A stretch of DNA of 63,291 bases, the filler included, from Octopus bimaculoides (taxonomy: Eukaryota), in assembly GCF_001194135.2 (NCBI RefSeq). It is 4 parts of 4 records of this genome, joined end to end, with 100 filler letters (N's around TTAATTAATTAA, not from the genome) between each part and the next. Parts side by side here need not be neighbours in the genome. Positions count along the whole stretch, not along the records: positions 37,899 to 56,633 come from NC_068983.1; 3 more parts are not named here. One strand, given 5' to 3'. The notes under the pieces are model-generated. The model was not told where the DNA came from. It searched no databases and worked only from the letters and a program-made list of their open reading frames with translations. Made by a program: the position numbers and the translations under genes. How positions within the stretch are numbered: the stretch's first letter is position 1; each line of letters starts with the position of its first letter. Positions 41,981 through 55,799 of this stretch are shown here, piece by piece.

Positions 41981-43116
41981 TATATTTTATAGTGTATTTT
42001 CCATTTTCTTTTTTTTCATTTTATTGTTTCCCCACCTTGATATTTCTTGGCTCTGAACCAATATTACTGAATGGAATAAGTTTATTGTTAATTCTATTTT
42101 CAGTTGTTGCAGATTAGTAGTTAGAAGGAAATCTTGAGTGGAATTAGAAGTTGCAAAGAAATGTGCAGTAAAATGTTTAATGGGATAGNNNNNNNNNNNN
42201 NNNNNNNNNNNNNNNNNNNNNNNNNNNNNNNNNNNNNNNNNNNNNNNNNNNNNNNNNNNNNNNNNNNNNNNNNNNNNNNNNNNNNNTTTTTTTTTTTTTT
42301 TTTTTTTTGTAGAGTTGGTTTTTGTTTTAATAGAATACAAACAAATATAGAAAATAGAATATAAACGAATTAACAGAATAAAAAAAGAATAAAAATATAA
42401 AATCACTTTTGGTTCCATTGCCCTCTGGTTTAACTTCTCTATTTTTCTTTCACTATTCTAGAACAATCACGAGCAAGCTGCAGTTTGCACGACTTTCTGA
42501 ATGGCACGCCGAATGCAAAATTACTTTGTATTATTTTTAGTAGTATCAGGTCGGCCCGATGATAGGTCATGTCTCCTGCAGCTTGCTTCTCAAAAAAAGT
42601 TTGTCTGTGCCTGTACTAGAGTGTAGGTCTGTTGCTGATTTAAATTCAAATCTCAATAGTAATTGGTTATTTAAATTTTTATTTATTATTTTACCTCTTA
42701 GTTAGGAAGGGAAGAGCTGTACTCATGACACTTTATTTTCAGGGCCTTTAAGGGGAAAGGGAATGTATTAGTCTGAAGCTAAAGACCTGGCCTCAAAGGC
42801 TTGCAGTGGAGTGAACTCCACTAAAAACACTCCAGCACCAAGTAGTGGTATTAAACTAGACAATGGATTAGGGACTCACAACACAAAGTGTTAATACAAA
42901 TCTCATCGGATGCACTAAGAATTCTACTGATCCTTCACCCAGGATTGTTACTTTATTTGCTACTACACATGGCTGTTGGGTAAGGAGTTTGCTTCCCAAC
43001 CATATGGTTTCAGGTTCAGTCCTGCTATGTGGCACCTTGGATAAATGTCTCTTCTATAGATTCAGGTTTAATCAAATACCTTGTAAGTGTATTTGGTAAA
43101 CGGAAACTATGTGAAA

Positions 43117-43320
43117 GCGGCGAGCTGGCAGAAACATTAGCACGCCGGGTGAAATGCTTAGTGGTATTTCATCTGCCGGTACGTTCTGAGTTCAAATTCC
43201 GCTGAGGTCAACTTTGCCTTTCATTCTTTCGGGGTCGATAAATTAAGTACCAGTTACACACTGGGTCGATGTAATCGACTTAATCCCTTTGCCTGTCCTT
43301 GTTTGTCCCCTCTATGTTTA
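43117..43320 (+). mobile_element. SINE family B copy (also 19361-19530)
   Basis: gcggcgagctggcagaaacattagcacgccggg...gagttcaaattccgctgaggtcaactttgcctttcattctttcggggtcgataaattaagtacc. Confidence 0.85.
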
Positions 43321-43423
43321 AGATGCATTGAAATCGTGAAGCTACAAGATTATGGATGATAGTTCAAAAACAAATCAATTGAGCATGACATTTGATAGAA
43401 TAATCTGAATGCTAAAGGGTTAA
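43321..43423 (-). mobile_element. piggyBac-like MITE terminal fragment
   Basis: gaataatctgaatgctaaaggg|TTAA is the reverse complement of the left end of the 47805 copy. Confidence 0.6.
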
Positions 43424-43759
43424 CATTTGCTACTCCAAAGGAAACAAAAAATCAAAATAGAGCTATAATGATTAACAAGAGATAATTTTTGTCATAAACT
43501 GGGATCAATTCAATTGATTAAATATATTTCTCTCCCTGAAACAATTGATTGTTCAAAAATTATCTATATCCTATCAGAGCTATCTCGCTGATTACTTCCT
43601 GAGGTGTTAAAGCCACATGTTACGTTATTATTTTAACTCTTTTCTAGATCTTTTATGACACAAACATCAAATCAACTCTGTCTTCCAACAACTATATCAA
43701 CTATTTTTTATTTTTTTAGTTTTTCTCTTAATTATTCAACTCTGGTTGTATCCAATGTT

Positions 43760-43930
43760 GTTTAACCCAAGGAATCAGCATTGATCAGGCAAACTTATAT
43801 TCCAAGACATTCCAGTGATGACTATCCTGTCTTTTTCTTCACATAGTATATCTAGGACCAGATTGTGTAATGTCTTTTCTTTTCTATTCAGATAGGATGT
43901 GATTAGAGGGAGATTTGGCTGCTATTTCTA
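43760..43930 (+). repeat. Short dispersed repeat family ending gatgtgatt(t/a)gagggagatttggctgctatttcta
   Basis: The motif or its reverse complement recurs at about 31421-31465, 38405-38435, 39960-40000, 40240-40275, 48680-48720, 50340-50390 and 62505-62540. Confidence 0.7.
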
Positions 43931-43994
43931 CCTTCCAACTGCATAGGGGCATTCCTTTGGTGGATCAAGGAAGGCCTCATTGTTTTCTTCACAT

Positions 43995-44200
43995 TCCAAG
44001 AAAGTAGCAGCTGCTGAATTAAAATACTGTGCATTTATTGCTGAGCATAATCTCCCAATTTCTATTTTTGACCACTTACCTGGCCTTGTTGCAAACACCT
44101 GTCCTGATTCTAAAATCGCCCAGGATACAAAGTGTGCCTGAATGAAAGGCACATACATCTTTCTTAAAGCCATTGGCCCCTACAGCTTCAACACTTTATT
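43995..44200 (+). mobile_element. hAT-superfamily transposase relic
   Basis: Frame SKKVAAAELKYCAFIAEHNLPISIFDHLPGLVANTCPDSKIAQDTKCA*MKGTYI matches the hAT motif AE......IAEHN.P.S..DH.......FPDS.IA....C.RTK. The in-frame TGA is consistent with CGA deamination. Confidence 0.75.
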
Positions 44201-45039
44201 AAAAAAAAAACACTTCATTCATCAATCTCTTTGCTCGGGGATTTAATTTTCTTAGAAAGACCTCACCTATTATTAAGTTACAAATGATTGTGTGTGTACT
44301 TATTGTCAGTTTGTAATCATCCAATGAATTGTATCTTCTATAGTTCCAGGCCAACCAATATGTTGTAAGTGAATTTGGTAGATGGAAACTGAAAGAATCC
44401 CATGTGTGTGTCTTTGTGTTTGTTTATTCCCCATCATCACTTGACCTGGTGTTTGTTTACAACCCCTTAGCATCTCATCAAAAGAGACTGGTAGAATAAG
44501 TACCAGGCTTGAAAATAAGTGACGGGGTTAATCTTTATTTTTTTTTTTTTTTACTAACCCTTCAAGGTGGTGCCTCAGCTTGGCTACAATCCAGTGATTG
44601 AAACCAGTAAAAGTTTTAGTTTGTCTGCTATTAACAGTATATACTATAAATAAATGTTATAAAATGGAATATTAAAATAATGAACAGTGGGAGATTAAAT
44701 AGTGGTCACCATAGCAGAAAAAAACTCTTAGTACTTTGAGAAAATGGAGTTGCAGTTGCTCTGTAATGTAGACAGTAAAACAAACACTAAGCAAGATACA
44801 TTGTTAATTCTATCAGTGAGCTTGTTTCTCTTTTGTCAGAAAGTGGTGCTTGTCGTCGTCGTCGTCATTTAACATCCGCTTTCCATGCTAGCATGGGTTG
44901 GACGATTTGACTGAGGACTGGTGAAACCAGATGGCTACACCAGGCTCCAATCTGGTTTGGCAGAGTTTCTACAGCTGGATGCCCTTCCTAACGCCAACCA
45001 CTAAGAGAGTGTAGTGGGTGCTTTTACGTGTCACCCGCA

Positions 45040-45520
45040 CAAAGGCCAGTCAGGCGGTACTGGCAACGGCCACGCTCATCTCACTCGAAAAACCTCATGT
45101 GTCACCCGCACAANNNNNNNNNNNNNNNNNNNNNNNNNNNNNNNNNNNNNNNNNNNNNNNNNNNNNNNNNNNNNNNNNNNNNNNNNNNNNNNNNNNNNNN
45201 NNNNNNNNNNNNNNNNNNNNNNNNNNNNTCTCGCTCGAAAATCCTATGACGGCCCCGCACAAGAGCCAGTTCAGGGGCACTGGCAACGATCTCGCTCGAA
45301 AGATTTCATGTGTCGCCTGCACATGAGCCAGTCCAGGGGCACTGGCAACGATCTCGCTCGAAAAACCTCATGTGTCACCCGCACAAGAGCCAGCTCAGGG
45401 ACACCGGCAACGATCTCGCTCGAAAGATTTCATGTGTCGCCCGCACATGAGCCATTCCAGGAGCACTGGCAACGATCTCACTCGAAAATCCTACGACGGC
45501 CCCGATCTCGCTCGAAACAT
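45040..45520. repeat. 62-bp tandem minisatellite inside a family C repeat
   Basis: The core (t/c)ggcaacgatctc(g/a)ctcgaaa recurs at 45281, 45343, 45405 and 45467 (period 62). A further unit lies before the gap at about 45060-45113. Confidence 0.9.
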
Positions 45521-47804
45521 TTCATAATCTCTAATATTCAGTGTGTGTGTGTGTGTGTGTACACATATATATAATTTTAGCATCTGCTTCTTCCATGTTT
45601 GTATGAGTTGGACAGAGTTCATTGGAGCAGATTTTTCTATGGGCAAATGCCTTTCTTGTTAGCTACCCTCACCTGTTCCCAAGTAAGGTTATATTTCCTC
45701 ATGGCTGGATGTATTTTCACACAAGACTGGAAACTAATAACAATGATGCTCATTTACAACTATCACATGATGTCAAAACAAGGAGATCACACACATACAT
45801 ATACACTTGATGGCCTTCTTTCAGTTCCCATCTACCAGTTCCACTCATAAGGCTTTGATCAGCCCAAGACTATAATAGGAGACACTTGCCCATAGTGTCA
45901 TGCAGTGAGACTGAACCCATAACCATGTAGTTGGAAAGCAAGCTTCTTAACCACACATACTTCTGCCTTTAAAAATTCCGACTCATTTTATACCGATCAG
46001 TTGTATTAGGAAGGTTCCTTTTCCTTCCCCCCCCCCCCTTTCATGCTATTTCTTTTAATGGAGTGTATTTTTAGAGTGTGTGAGTGATTGAATGTGTTCA
46101 TGTATGTGTATATATGTTCTATTGGCAACAATATATGCTGTTACAGAAGAATAATATCGACATGATGTTTGCATTATCCAACTGGTGTGTTACCATACTT
46201 GTTGCTGGGAACCCATGGTTAGGCAGAGATTTGGACTCTACTGTACCCTGCTGTAACTATTACATCAACAGTAGATTAAATTAATCCCAGTTCTTAATTA
46301 GTACTTTCATTGTCTCCAGAAGGAAGAAAGACAGAGTTGATCATGGCAGGATTTGCACCCAGAACAAATTTGGTAAATTTCCTAAAGTGCCAATGATTTT
46401 GCCAATCAAACACCCTGAGGAAAAGTTTACTTAAGTCTCAATATATTCTATGTTAAAATATACCAGAATTTCAATATCTTTCATTTATCAAGCCTAACAA
46501 ACAAAGCCTCATTATCTGTACTTTGTAAACTTTCTTAAACAATTTTAACAGGGAATGTGAATGACCTTTGACCGTCATTCTATATTTAACAATTTAATTT
46601 TTATGCAGTGTCACTAACAGCAGAGATAAATACTCTGAGTTTACCAACAAATAGCATTATATAGACAGAGGAAATGAATTCGGTGTTGACAATGACAGCC
46701 AATCCTTGTTGACTTCTTGAAACTCTGACTTTATATTTTCAATCCTTTTACTTTCTCATATGGTTCCACATCAACTGGCATTCATATTTATATTCTTGCT
46801 GTCATGCATTTTCTCTCCCCCACCTCTCACCTATTCATTTTCACTTTCATTTTCACTCTCTTGCTCACTCAGTCTCTCATACTTATCATTCACTCTATCA
46901 CTCATCTACTGTTCTCTCTCCCTCTCTCTTCTCATCATCAGAGCAGTTCTTATTTGCTAGACCTATAATCAAAGACGTTTCAGCTACAAACATCCAGTTT
47001 TCAGAGATTTTCTTTTTCTCCCCTTCAGAGTATATCCAGGACTATATTACCGTAAAGCCTCAAGTATAATCTGCATTTTTTCCCCAAAATTTCTGTTCTG
47101 TATAAACATAATCAACTGAATTTAAATACAGACAACACTTATATCATTGCGAGTTTAGAAGAAAAGTAAAATATAGTTATAACTTAGACAGAAGGGCAGT
47201 GCCCACTGGTGGAAGAAAAGGAGGATCTTAATATTCTCAGGCCTTGACCAAATGCTTGCAACAGACCAGACTCTGCTAAAAGTACCCAAGGGTCAGGTGA
47301 TGGTGTGAAAGCAGATAATAGAGATTAAAATTAACTAATCTATTTGAATGGCTCCTGCAAAATTTCAAGGCATTACCCCAGCATGGCCATAGTCTAGTGA
47401 CTGAAACAAGTGAAAAATAAGATTTAAAAAAAAAAAAATGAATTTTCTCAGTAGAGATTACTCACCAGTAAGTCATAAGTGACGTGTTAAAACTCTCCAT
47501 CATATTGACTCCAGCTTCATTTGCATGTGATGATAGTTGCCGTATAGTAGAAATGGTAAACTTGCCAAACTAAATGTTGCATTTAGTTCACACCCCTTTA
47601 TGTTCTGAGCCCAAACCTCATTGGGATTGACTGTTCATTTCATCTCTCCAGGGTTAATAAAGTATGTATTTGGAAAATACTGGCTCAGTTCAGCCACCTA
47701 TATACCTTACCTACTTATGCCAAAAGAAATTATTTGTGATAATAAAAGAATCATTTGAAAGATTCCACATTCAGCCTCCAAGAGTTTTATTAGACTACAG
47801 AGGT

Positions 47805-48036
47805 TTAACCCTTTAGCATTCAGATTACTCTGCCAAATTTAAGGCATATTTATTTATCCACATTGTTTTGAATTAATCCTGCATTATTTCATAGCTTCAA
47901 GATTTCAATGATGTGATTGTTTATTTTTAGAATGACATTGTAAGGTATGTGTGATAAGCCATTTCTGGCTGGTTTGAACATAGAGGAGGTAGAATAGTTG
48001 GGCTGGATTTGGTCAGGTTAAATGCTGAATAATTAA
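47805..48036 (+). mobile_element. piggyBac-like non-autonomous element
   Basis: TTAA|CCCTTTAGCATT at the left end and a degenerate AAATGCTgAAtaa|TTAA at the right end. Related copies at 50415-51034 and 43321-43423. Confidence 0.7.
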
Positions 48037-48872
48037 AAGCAAAGGTAGCCTAAGTATAACGATATGTAATCAAAACAAAAAATACCACAAGGTATTTGTT
48101 TACTTCATTAATTCTTTCATTCCACATTGATAAACTTCTTGAATTACCCAGCCATGCATGTAACTGTTATTGTAAGACAAAATTATTTACAGATAAGGCT
48201 AAATATAAACATGATGGAATATTGTAGACCACAATAGAAACAATCTAATCTAATGGAATTAGAAATAGGAAGATTTTTAAGACAATGTGTTAAGGGCTCA
48301 AACTTCCTGTTTTATGTTTTAGATTGAAACATTTCATCAAAATTCCAAGTTAATTAAAAATTTTTCACTGTTTTCAAAATTAATCAAAGCACAGACAGTT
48401 TATTTCAACAGAAATAAGGTAACGAAAGAGTGAAAGTAGAAGAATAAGATTGAGTGTAGTATAGCTACTATTTCTAGCAAATCAAACAACCACTTTGAGG
48501 CTCTCTCAGCTCATTTTGAATCTAGCCAAAATCTAGACTAACCCTCATAACTAGCATCTTGGTTATGTAGATATTAGTTGTCTAATGAAACAGTTTTAAT
48601 CAAGTCACCATTTGACTCGTAGGTGGAAAATACTTCACATTGTTTTAATAATAATAGGAGCTTGTGTGTAGCCACTTCAGTTGCTAGAAATCACAACAAA
48701 ATTCCCCTCAACCACACTTTATGTTACAAAAGGGAGGGTGCATTGGATAATGTAGACCTACAGTGGGAATGATTATGACTGGAATATTTTTGACCATGAG
48801 CATGGATCAGAGCTGATCTTGGGCTAAACAACAGATACAAGTTGTTGTATCATTGACTCATAAATAAATTTG

Positions 48873-48941
48873 TGAGGTGTGTATCCAAACTACCCTCCAA
48901 TTTTTGAGGTGTGTATCCAAACTACCCTCCAATTTTTGAGG
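48873..48941. repeat. Perfect 32-bp tandem duplication
   Basis: tgaggtgtgtatccaaactaccctccaatttt occurs twice (48873, 48905), followed by tgagg at 48937. Confidence 0.9.
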
Positions 48942-49794
48942 CATGCCTTTATAATTATTACCTGTCTTAGCTAGACATTTTAGTATACAGGTTGTACCAG
49001 GCAATGAAGAACAAAACACAATGGAAACTAAAAGCACCAAATAGATAAAGCATACTTCCAGAAAAACAGAACACATACAACTAGATACATCAAGCCATTT
49101 AACAAAACTTCTATAAGCCACAATGTAGCCATAGTGGTAACTGCATACCTGGATCAAATGGCCCTGCCTACTGGTCTCCTCTCCAGTGACAGTGCCCCTG
49201 ATGTGTCTCCAACTTTACCCCCACTTCATAATGTTGCAAATCAATATTATTTCAATGTTGTTATATTTTGTTTTTTGTATTTGGTTTGTGAGATTCTTGA
49301 TATGAATTCATGTGTTGAGACAGATTATGTTGTATCTCAGGAGGGTCGTTAGGCCAATAATAAACACACACACATTTTATTATTACTAGTCAATTTAACA
49401 CTTGTTTGATTAATCATTGAGTCAATCAGGTTTGTCATAAGTTCATTCATCACCATTCATGTAGAGTTGATGGGGCATATTGACAAGGTCACAAATGGCT
49501 ATGAAAAGATTTTGATAAACCTAGCTGATTGATTGATTGACCAATCAATTAATCAAACAATCAGTTACTTAAGTAGTTAAATATTAACAAATTTACTTAA
49601 TAATAATAATAATAACAAAGAAGTGAAATAGAAGCAGTGTGTGTATTTTTGGCATAAAGACCCATCTTAGATACAAGAAAGTAACTACTATTTATTGTTA
49701 AAAATCAAGTGTTTCAGTGTTGCATCCAATTTCATGTTTCAATGTTAGATCTCAATATTACATGATGGTTAATTTTGTTTTATTTTGTTTCCAG

Positions 49795-49949
49795 TCTGGT
49801 CAGTTCAGTGAAGATATGATTCCAACAGTTGGTTTCAATATGAGAAAGATTACCAAAGGGAATGTGACAATCAAGTTATGGGATATTGGTGGTCAGCCAA
49901 GATTCCGTAGTATGTGGGAACGATACTGTCGAGGAGTCAATGCCATAGT
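49795..49949 (+). CDS. ARL8: ADP-ribosylation factor-like protein 8, internal exon (155 nt, phase 0 to phase 2)
   Basis: Translates [51 protein letters not shown](V), essentially the ARL8/Gie switch I-II region including the WDIGGQ G3 motif. Acceptor ttttattttgtttccag|TCT and donor ATAGT|gtaagt. The other ARL8 exons are not visible in the window. Confidence 0.97.
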
Positions 49950-50414
49950 GTAAGTATGGAATGCATGAATTTGTTCTTACTATTTTCCATTAAAATGAAG
50001 GTATTGAATTGTGGTTTCAGTGCAAAAACTGATAAGTGTCTTTACGGTATTTAGTTGTACACTTCAATTCTGTTTTCAGATCCTTATGTGGTTGACTTTA
50101 TCTTTCATCTTCCTTTAATCATTTACTGTTGAACTTTTAGACTAAATGTTATGATTTCAAGCCTGAAGATATCTAACTGGAAAATTTTTTTTTTAAGTAA
50201 CTAGACATATTTTTAGAATTTTTATCAACTTTAGGTAACACAAATCTACCTCAACTGAATCATTTGAATGTCGAAACTGAGTGCCATGTGAAGCCACACC
50301 ATCATAAGCACCACAAAGGGAACTTATGTGGCCACTCAAACTGCTTGAAATAGCAATCAAATCGCTCTCAAATTACACTCTACCATAGTATTAGTATTTC
50401 CTATCCTTTTATTC

Positions 50415-51034
50415 TTAACCCTTTACAATTATTACCCTATCGAATGCAATGCTTATTTGTTCAAACTCTTTTGAATTACTCATTCATTATATATATATAT
50501 AGATATATATAGGCGCAGGAGTGAGTGTGTGGTAAGTAGCTTGCTTACCAACCACATGGTTCCACGTTCAATCCCACTGCGTGGCACCTTGGGCAAGTGT
50601 CTTCTACTATAGTCTCGGGCCGACCAAAGCCGTGTGAGTGGATTTGGTAGACGGAAACTGAAAGAAGCCCATCGTATATATATATTTGTGTGTCTGTGTT
50701 TGTCCCCCCAACATCGCTTGACAACTGATGCTGGTGTGTTTACATCCCCGTAACTTAGCGGTTCGGCAAAAGAGACCGATAGAATAAGTGCTAGGCTTAC
50801 AAAGAATAAGTCCTGGGGTCGATTTGCTTGACTAAGGGCAGTGCTTCAGCATGGCCTCAGTCAAATGACTCAAACAAGTAGAAGAGTATATCTTATCTAA
50901 GGTTTTTGATGGTTATATTTATTTTTAGAATGACATTGTAAAATAGGTGTAAGAGGCTAGACCTGGCCAGTTCAAACACAAAACAAATAGAATATCTGGG
51001 CTGGGTATGGTTTATTTAAATGTTAAAGGATTAA
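50415..51034 (+). mobile_element. piggyBac-like MITE interrupted by a SINE (about 50512-50890)
   Basis: TTAA|CCCTTT start and AAATGTTAAAGGA|TTAA end. The internal sequence resumes after the SINE in register with the 47805 copy (tttatttttagaatgacattgtaa). Confidence 0.7.
50512..50890 (+). mobile_element. SINE family A copy nested in a piggyBac-like MITE
   Basis: Complete copy from ggcgcaggagtg to aacaagtagaagag. Further partial copies at about 23611-23772(-), 28457-28620(-), 37520-37750(-), 38596-38750(+), 42970-43115(+), 44340-44610(+), 45800-45965(-), 53936-54170(+), 60593-60750(+) and 62570-62680(+). Confidence 0.9.
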
Positions 51035-51767
51035 AGAAGCCTGGAAAGACATCCCATGTTTCAAAGAGCCCTTTCAAAATAATTTTTTTCTTACTTTTAA
51101 ATAAGAGAATAGACAAACCATAAAGCTGCCTTTGAAAGATTTGGCTGTGTTAAATCCATCAGACACAATAAAGGGTTTAAGAAATGTCCATCTTAACTAA
51201 GACCTTGTTTAGATCTAATTTCCCTAAGAAGTTATTTTTCCGATAGGGTCACTTACATATAATTACACATAAAAATAACTTCAAAATGCATTTGTGCGCA
51301 CACACACACACACCTATATAATTTCTCACTGAACTCCTAACAACTTGTTATAGGACACTAGGCTAGGCTTCTAAGGATGGGGGTAGAATCCCCATTAGGA
51401 GACTCCGCTCTACCTTTAAAAAGCAAAACGTACATATTGGGTAAATGTAGTCACTGATAAATATAAAAGAAAAGCTTAAATGGTCACAGATAGGAAGTTT
51501 GGGGTCAGAAGTCTGGCTGGATGATATAGCAAAATTTATCTCTGAATGAAGTGGACAGGAGATGACAGCTTGTTTATATAAATCCTTCACTGATAATCAT
51601 TTTGTCACCGGTTTTTTTTTATACTGTAAGACAGACAGCATGACATAGTAATGATTGCCTCTGTGTCTCTAGCAGTGTGACCCTTGCTTGTTTATACTTT
51701 CACTGGAATGATGGTAACTTTTAAAGTCTTCTACTTTTTCTTCATGAGATTATAGTTTTTTTGTCAG

Positions 51768-52741
<974 letters not shown>

Positions 52742-54419
52742 CTGTTGCTCGTTCACATGTACAAACTCTAAGATAACTATAAGTTAAAACTTCAGACTTT
52801 TAACTTAGTTTAAACTAAACAATAGCCATAAAAATATTTATTGTCAAAATCCTTTTGTAATATTTAATTTATTCACTATCCTATCCATTAACCTACCTGC
52901 TGCACGAAATGTCAGAGTTAGATATTAAAAGTTATTGGTGGTGTGTGGTAGTGGTAGATCCCGTTGAAAATCTGTTTCTAACCTCTGTCTAAAGGTTCTC
53001 TCTGTCTGGCTATTCTTCAGATTTAATTGTTCGTTTATTTACAAAATTCTGTAAACCAGTCAGCAATTTCAGATTTTTTTGTTTGTTTTATTTTTCATTT
53101 ACACTTCTTTTACCATTAAATAAAACTCAGAACATCTTTCTCTGTTTGTCTGTCTGTCTGTCTCTTTTTCTCTCTATTTTGGAGATAAAGACTAATTTCC
53201 TCCTTTATCATCATCATCATCATCGTTTAACGTCCGCTTTCCGTGCTAGCATGGGTTGGACGATTTGACTGAGGACTGGCGAACCAGAAGGCTACACCAG
53301 GCTCCAATCTGATTTGGCAGAGTTTCTACAGCTGGATGCCCTTCCTAACGCCAACCACTCCGAGAGTGTAGTGGGTGCGTGCCAATTTAGGCTATGGGGT
53401 ACACTTGTCTTGAGAAGCTGTTCAAGATCTAGAGATAATCACAGTTACAAAAGTTTACAAAATTCATCTGTGATGGCCATTTACCACTTGTCGGATATTA
53501 TAAACTCATAACCAATTTTTTTACCCAGCATATCTTTCATTTGAATTACAAGTTTATGAAACCAAAAATTATAACACTCAGTTTTCTCANNNNNNNNNNN
53601 NNNNNNNNNNNNNNNNNNNNNNNNNNNNNNNNNNNNNNNNNNNNNNNNNNNNNNNNNNNNNNNNNNNNNNNNNNNNNNNNNNNNNNNNNNNNNNNNNNNN
53701 NNNNNNNNNNNNNNNNNNNNNNNNNNNNNNNNNNNNNNNNNNNNNNNNNNNNNNNNNNNNNNNNNNNNNNNNNNNNNNNNNNNNNNNNNNNNNNNNNNNN
53801 NNNNNNNNNNNNNNNNNNNNNNNNNNNNNNNNNNNNNNNNNNNNNNNNNNNNNNNNNNNNNNNNNNNNNNNNNNNNNNNNNNNNNNNNNNNNNNNNNNNN
53901 NNNNNNNNNNNNNNNNNNNNNNNNNNNNNNNNNNNCGTATATGTGTATATATGTGTTTGTGTGTCTGTTTGTCCCCCTACACCGCTTGACAACCGATGCT
54001 GGTGTGTTTACGTCCCCGTCACTTAGCGGTTCGGCAAAAGAGACCGATAGAATAAGTACTAGGCATTCAAAGAATAAGTCCTGGGGTTGATTTGCTCAAC
54101 TAAAGGCGGTGCTCCAGCATGGCTGCAGTCAAATGACTGAAACAAGTAAAAGAGAGAAAAGAGAGTATAATCCCAGAGAACTGCTTGTGGTCCATACCAA
54201 AGTTTTGGTGATCTACAGTGAGTCTCATAGACTTAAGGAAGTCAGTAATTTTTTTTTTTATGTAAGACATTCTAAAATTTAAATCAATTAAAAGGAAATT
54301 TAAATCTGTCTTAATGCAGTTACATATGAATTTATATTTGATAGTCTATGACCATTTCCTCATGAATCTTGTGGACCACATTCTAAAAAAAGGGGTTGTG
54401 CATCACTGTTCGACATGGT

Positions 54420-55140
54420 TTGTCATATACTTCTTTGTTAACAAGCCTCTATATTAATCATCTCACACTTATCCATTATTAATGGTCCTTTGTATTCATT
54501 GATCATTTCACCATCATGAACACAACACTTCATGTAATCTGTCTTTTGTGTGAAGAAACTCTTTAACAGAATTGGCATTTCTCTGAACTTCCACTTCCTC
54601 ACATCCTCATTACTGCTATTAATAAATCCATCTACTTCCACTGTTAATTATCTCACCTGTACAACCTGTCTGCTACTTCCAGTGAGTCATCTCAGTAACA
54701 CATGGATTCAGATTAAAAGCTGCTTATAATTACTGTTAACTATTCTTCGATGCCTCTACTGTTCTTAATGTTTTGATTTCTAATGTGTCATTCTGCAGAG
54801 ATGTATTTGCATCGTTTATATATTTGTTGTCTTAAGTTATTTCCTGCCTCTTTCCGCTATGTTCAATTGGAACAATAAATCCTTGCTAATTAGGACTTCA
54901 GCAGCTACTATGTCCACCTTCAAGTCTTTTGACTTAAACTCTGGGTCGTTCTTCTAGTTTTGAAACTACTTTAGCCCTTCAAGAAATTCTGTCAGAATCA
55001 TGTCATTGCCTTAAGCATCTCCCCTGCTGCTTTCTCAATGGATATGATGAAAAGAATGGAAATTATAGAGAAATCTGTTATAGATATCCACCTAGATATT
55101 TTAAATTCTTCGCTTAGTTTAATTCTAGTCCTGACCCCAC
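54420..55140 (-). mobile_element. Degenerate non-LTR retrotransposon RT-region relic
   Basis: The minus strand contains gagaaagcagcaggggagatgct...ggcaatgacatgattctgacagaatttcttgaag (KAAG.D...I..EFL, the start of an RT domain), with many stops and frameshifts. Confidence 0.5.
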
Positions 55141-55149
55141 TAATATCAT

Positions 55150-55430
55150 TATACATTGCTTGTATGGCATAATTAGTCAGCCAGCCATATCTGGCTTATA
55201 CATTGCTTGTATACCATTATTAGCCAACCAGCCAGACCTGATTTATACATTACTTGTATCCATCAGTTGCCAGCCAGCCAGCTACATATGGTTTAAATAC
55301 CATCTTCAGTCAGCTAACCATCCATATCAGGCTTATGCATTGCTTGTATACCATGATTAGCCAACAAGATACACCTGGTTTAAACAGTGCTTGTATACCA
55401 TTATTTACCAACCCACTACACCTGACTTCC
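55150..55430. repeat. Degenerate ~47-bp minisatellite, about 6 copies
   Basis: tatacattgcttgtat...ttagccaaccagcca units start at 55150, 55197 and 55244, with further degenerate units to about 55430. Confidence 0.8.
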
Positions 55431-55799
55431 CTATTATCTGTTGGTTATTGTTACACTAGAATTTTATCGAACAAATTGCATAAATTTGTTAAACTATTAA
55501 CCTCTTCTTAATAACAATATTATTAATAATAACACGTCTTTGAAATATAGTCTATCTTATGCATTTCATCATATTCTTTTGTATTCTTTTTAGCTCTTTC
55601 TTAAATTACTTCTAATACTTCCATAACCTGATTTACTGGCTTCAAACATAATTTCAGTCATGTCATACTTGATGAGAAAAATATTTGAATCAGTAAACTG
55701 GGGAATGCTTAGATAAGACTTAAGAAGTTTTTATCCTTAAACACACACACATGTGCATACATGTGTGTGTGTTTGTATCCTATATGGATAGATAGTCCA

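Noticed and set aside
42134-42188. MFNGI start as ARL8 exon 1
   Set aside because: Only five codons before a gap and no match to the conserved MLAL...W..LFWKEEMEL N-terminus.
43928-44173. Minus-strand 81-aa ORF
   Set aside because: Antisense shadow of the plus-strand hAT transposase relic.
45040-45520. CRISPR-like array
   Set aside because: The units are similar along their whole 62 bp with no unique spacers, lie inside a eukaryotic retro-element tail, and there are no cas genes.
49717-49794. N-terminal part of the 78-aa ARL8 ORF (MLHPISCF...)
   Set aside because: Intronic polypyrimidine tract upstream of the acceptor; does not resemble the ARL8 N-terminus.
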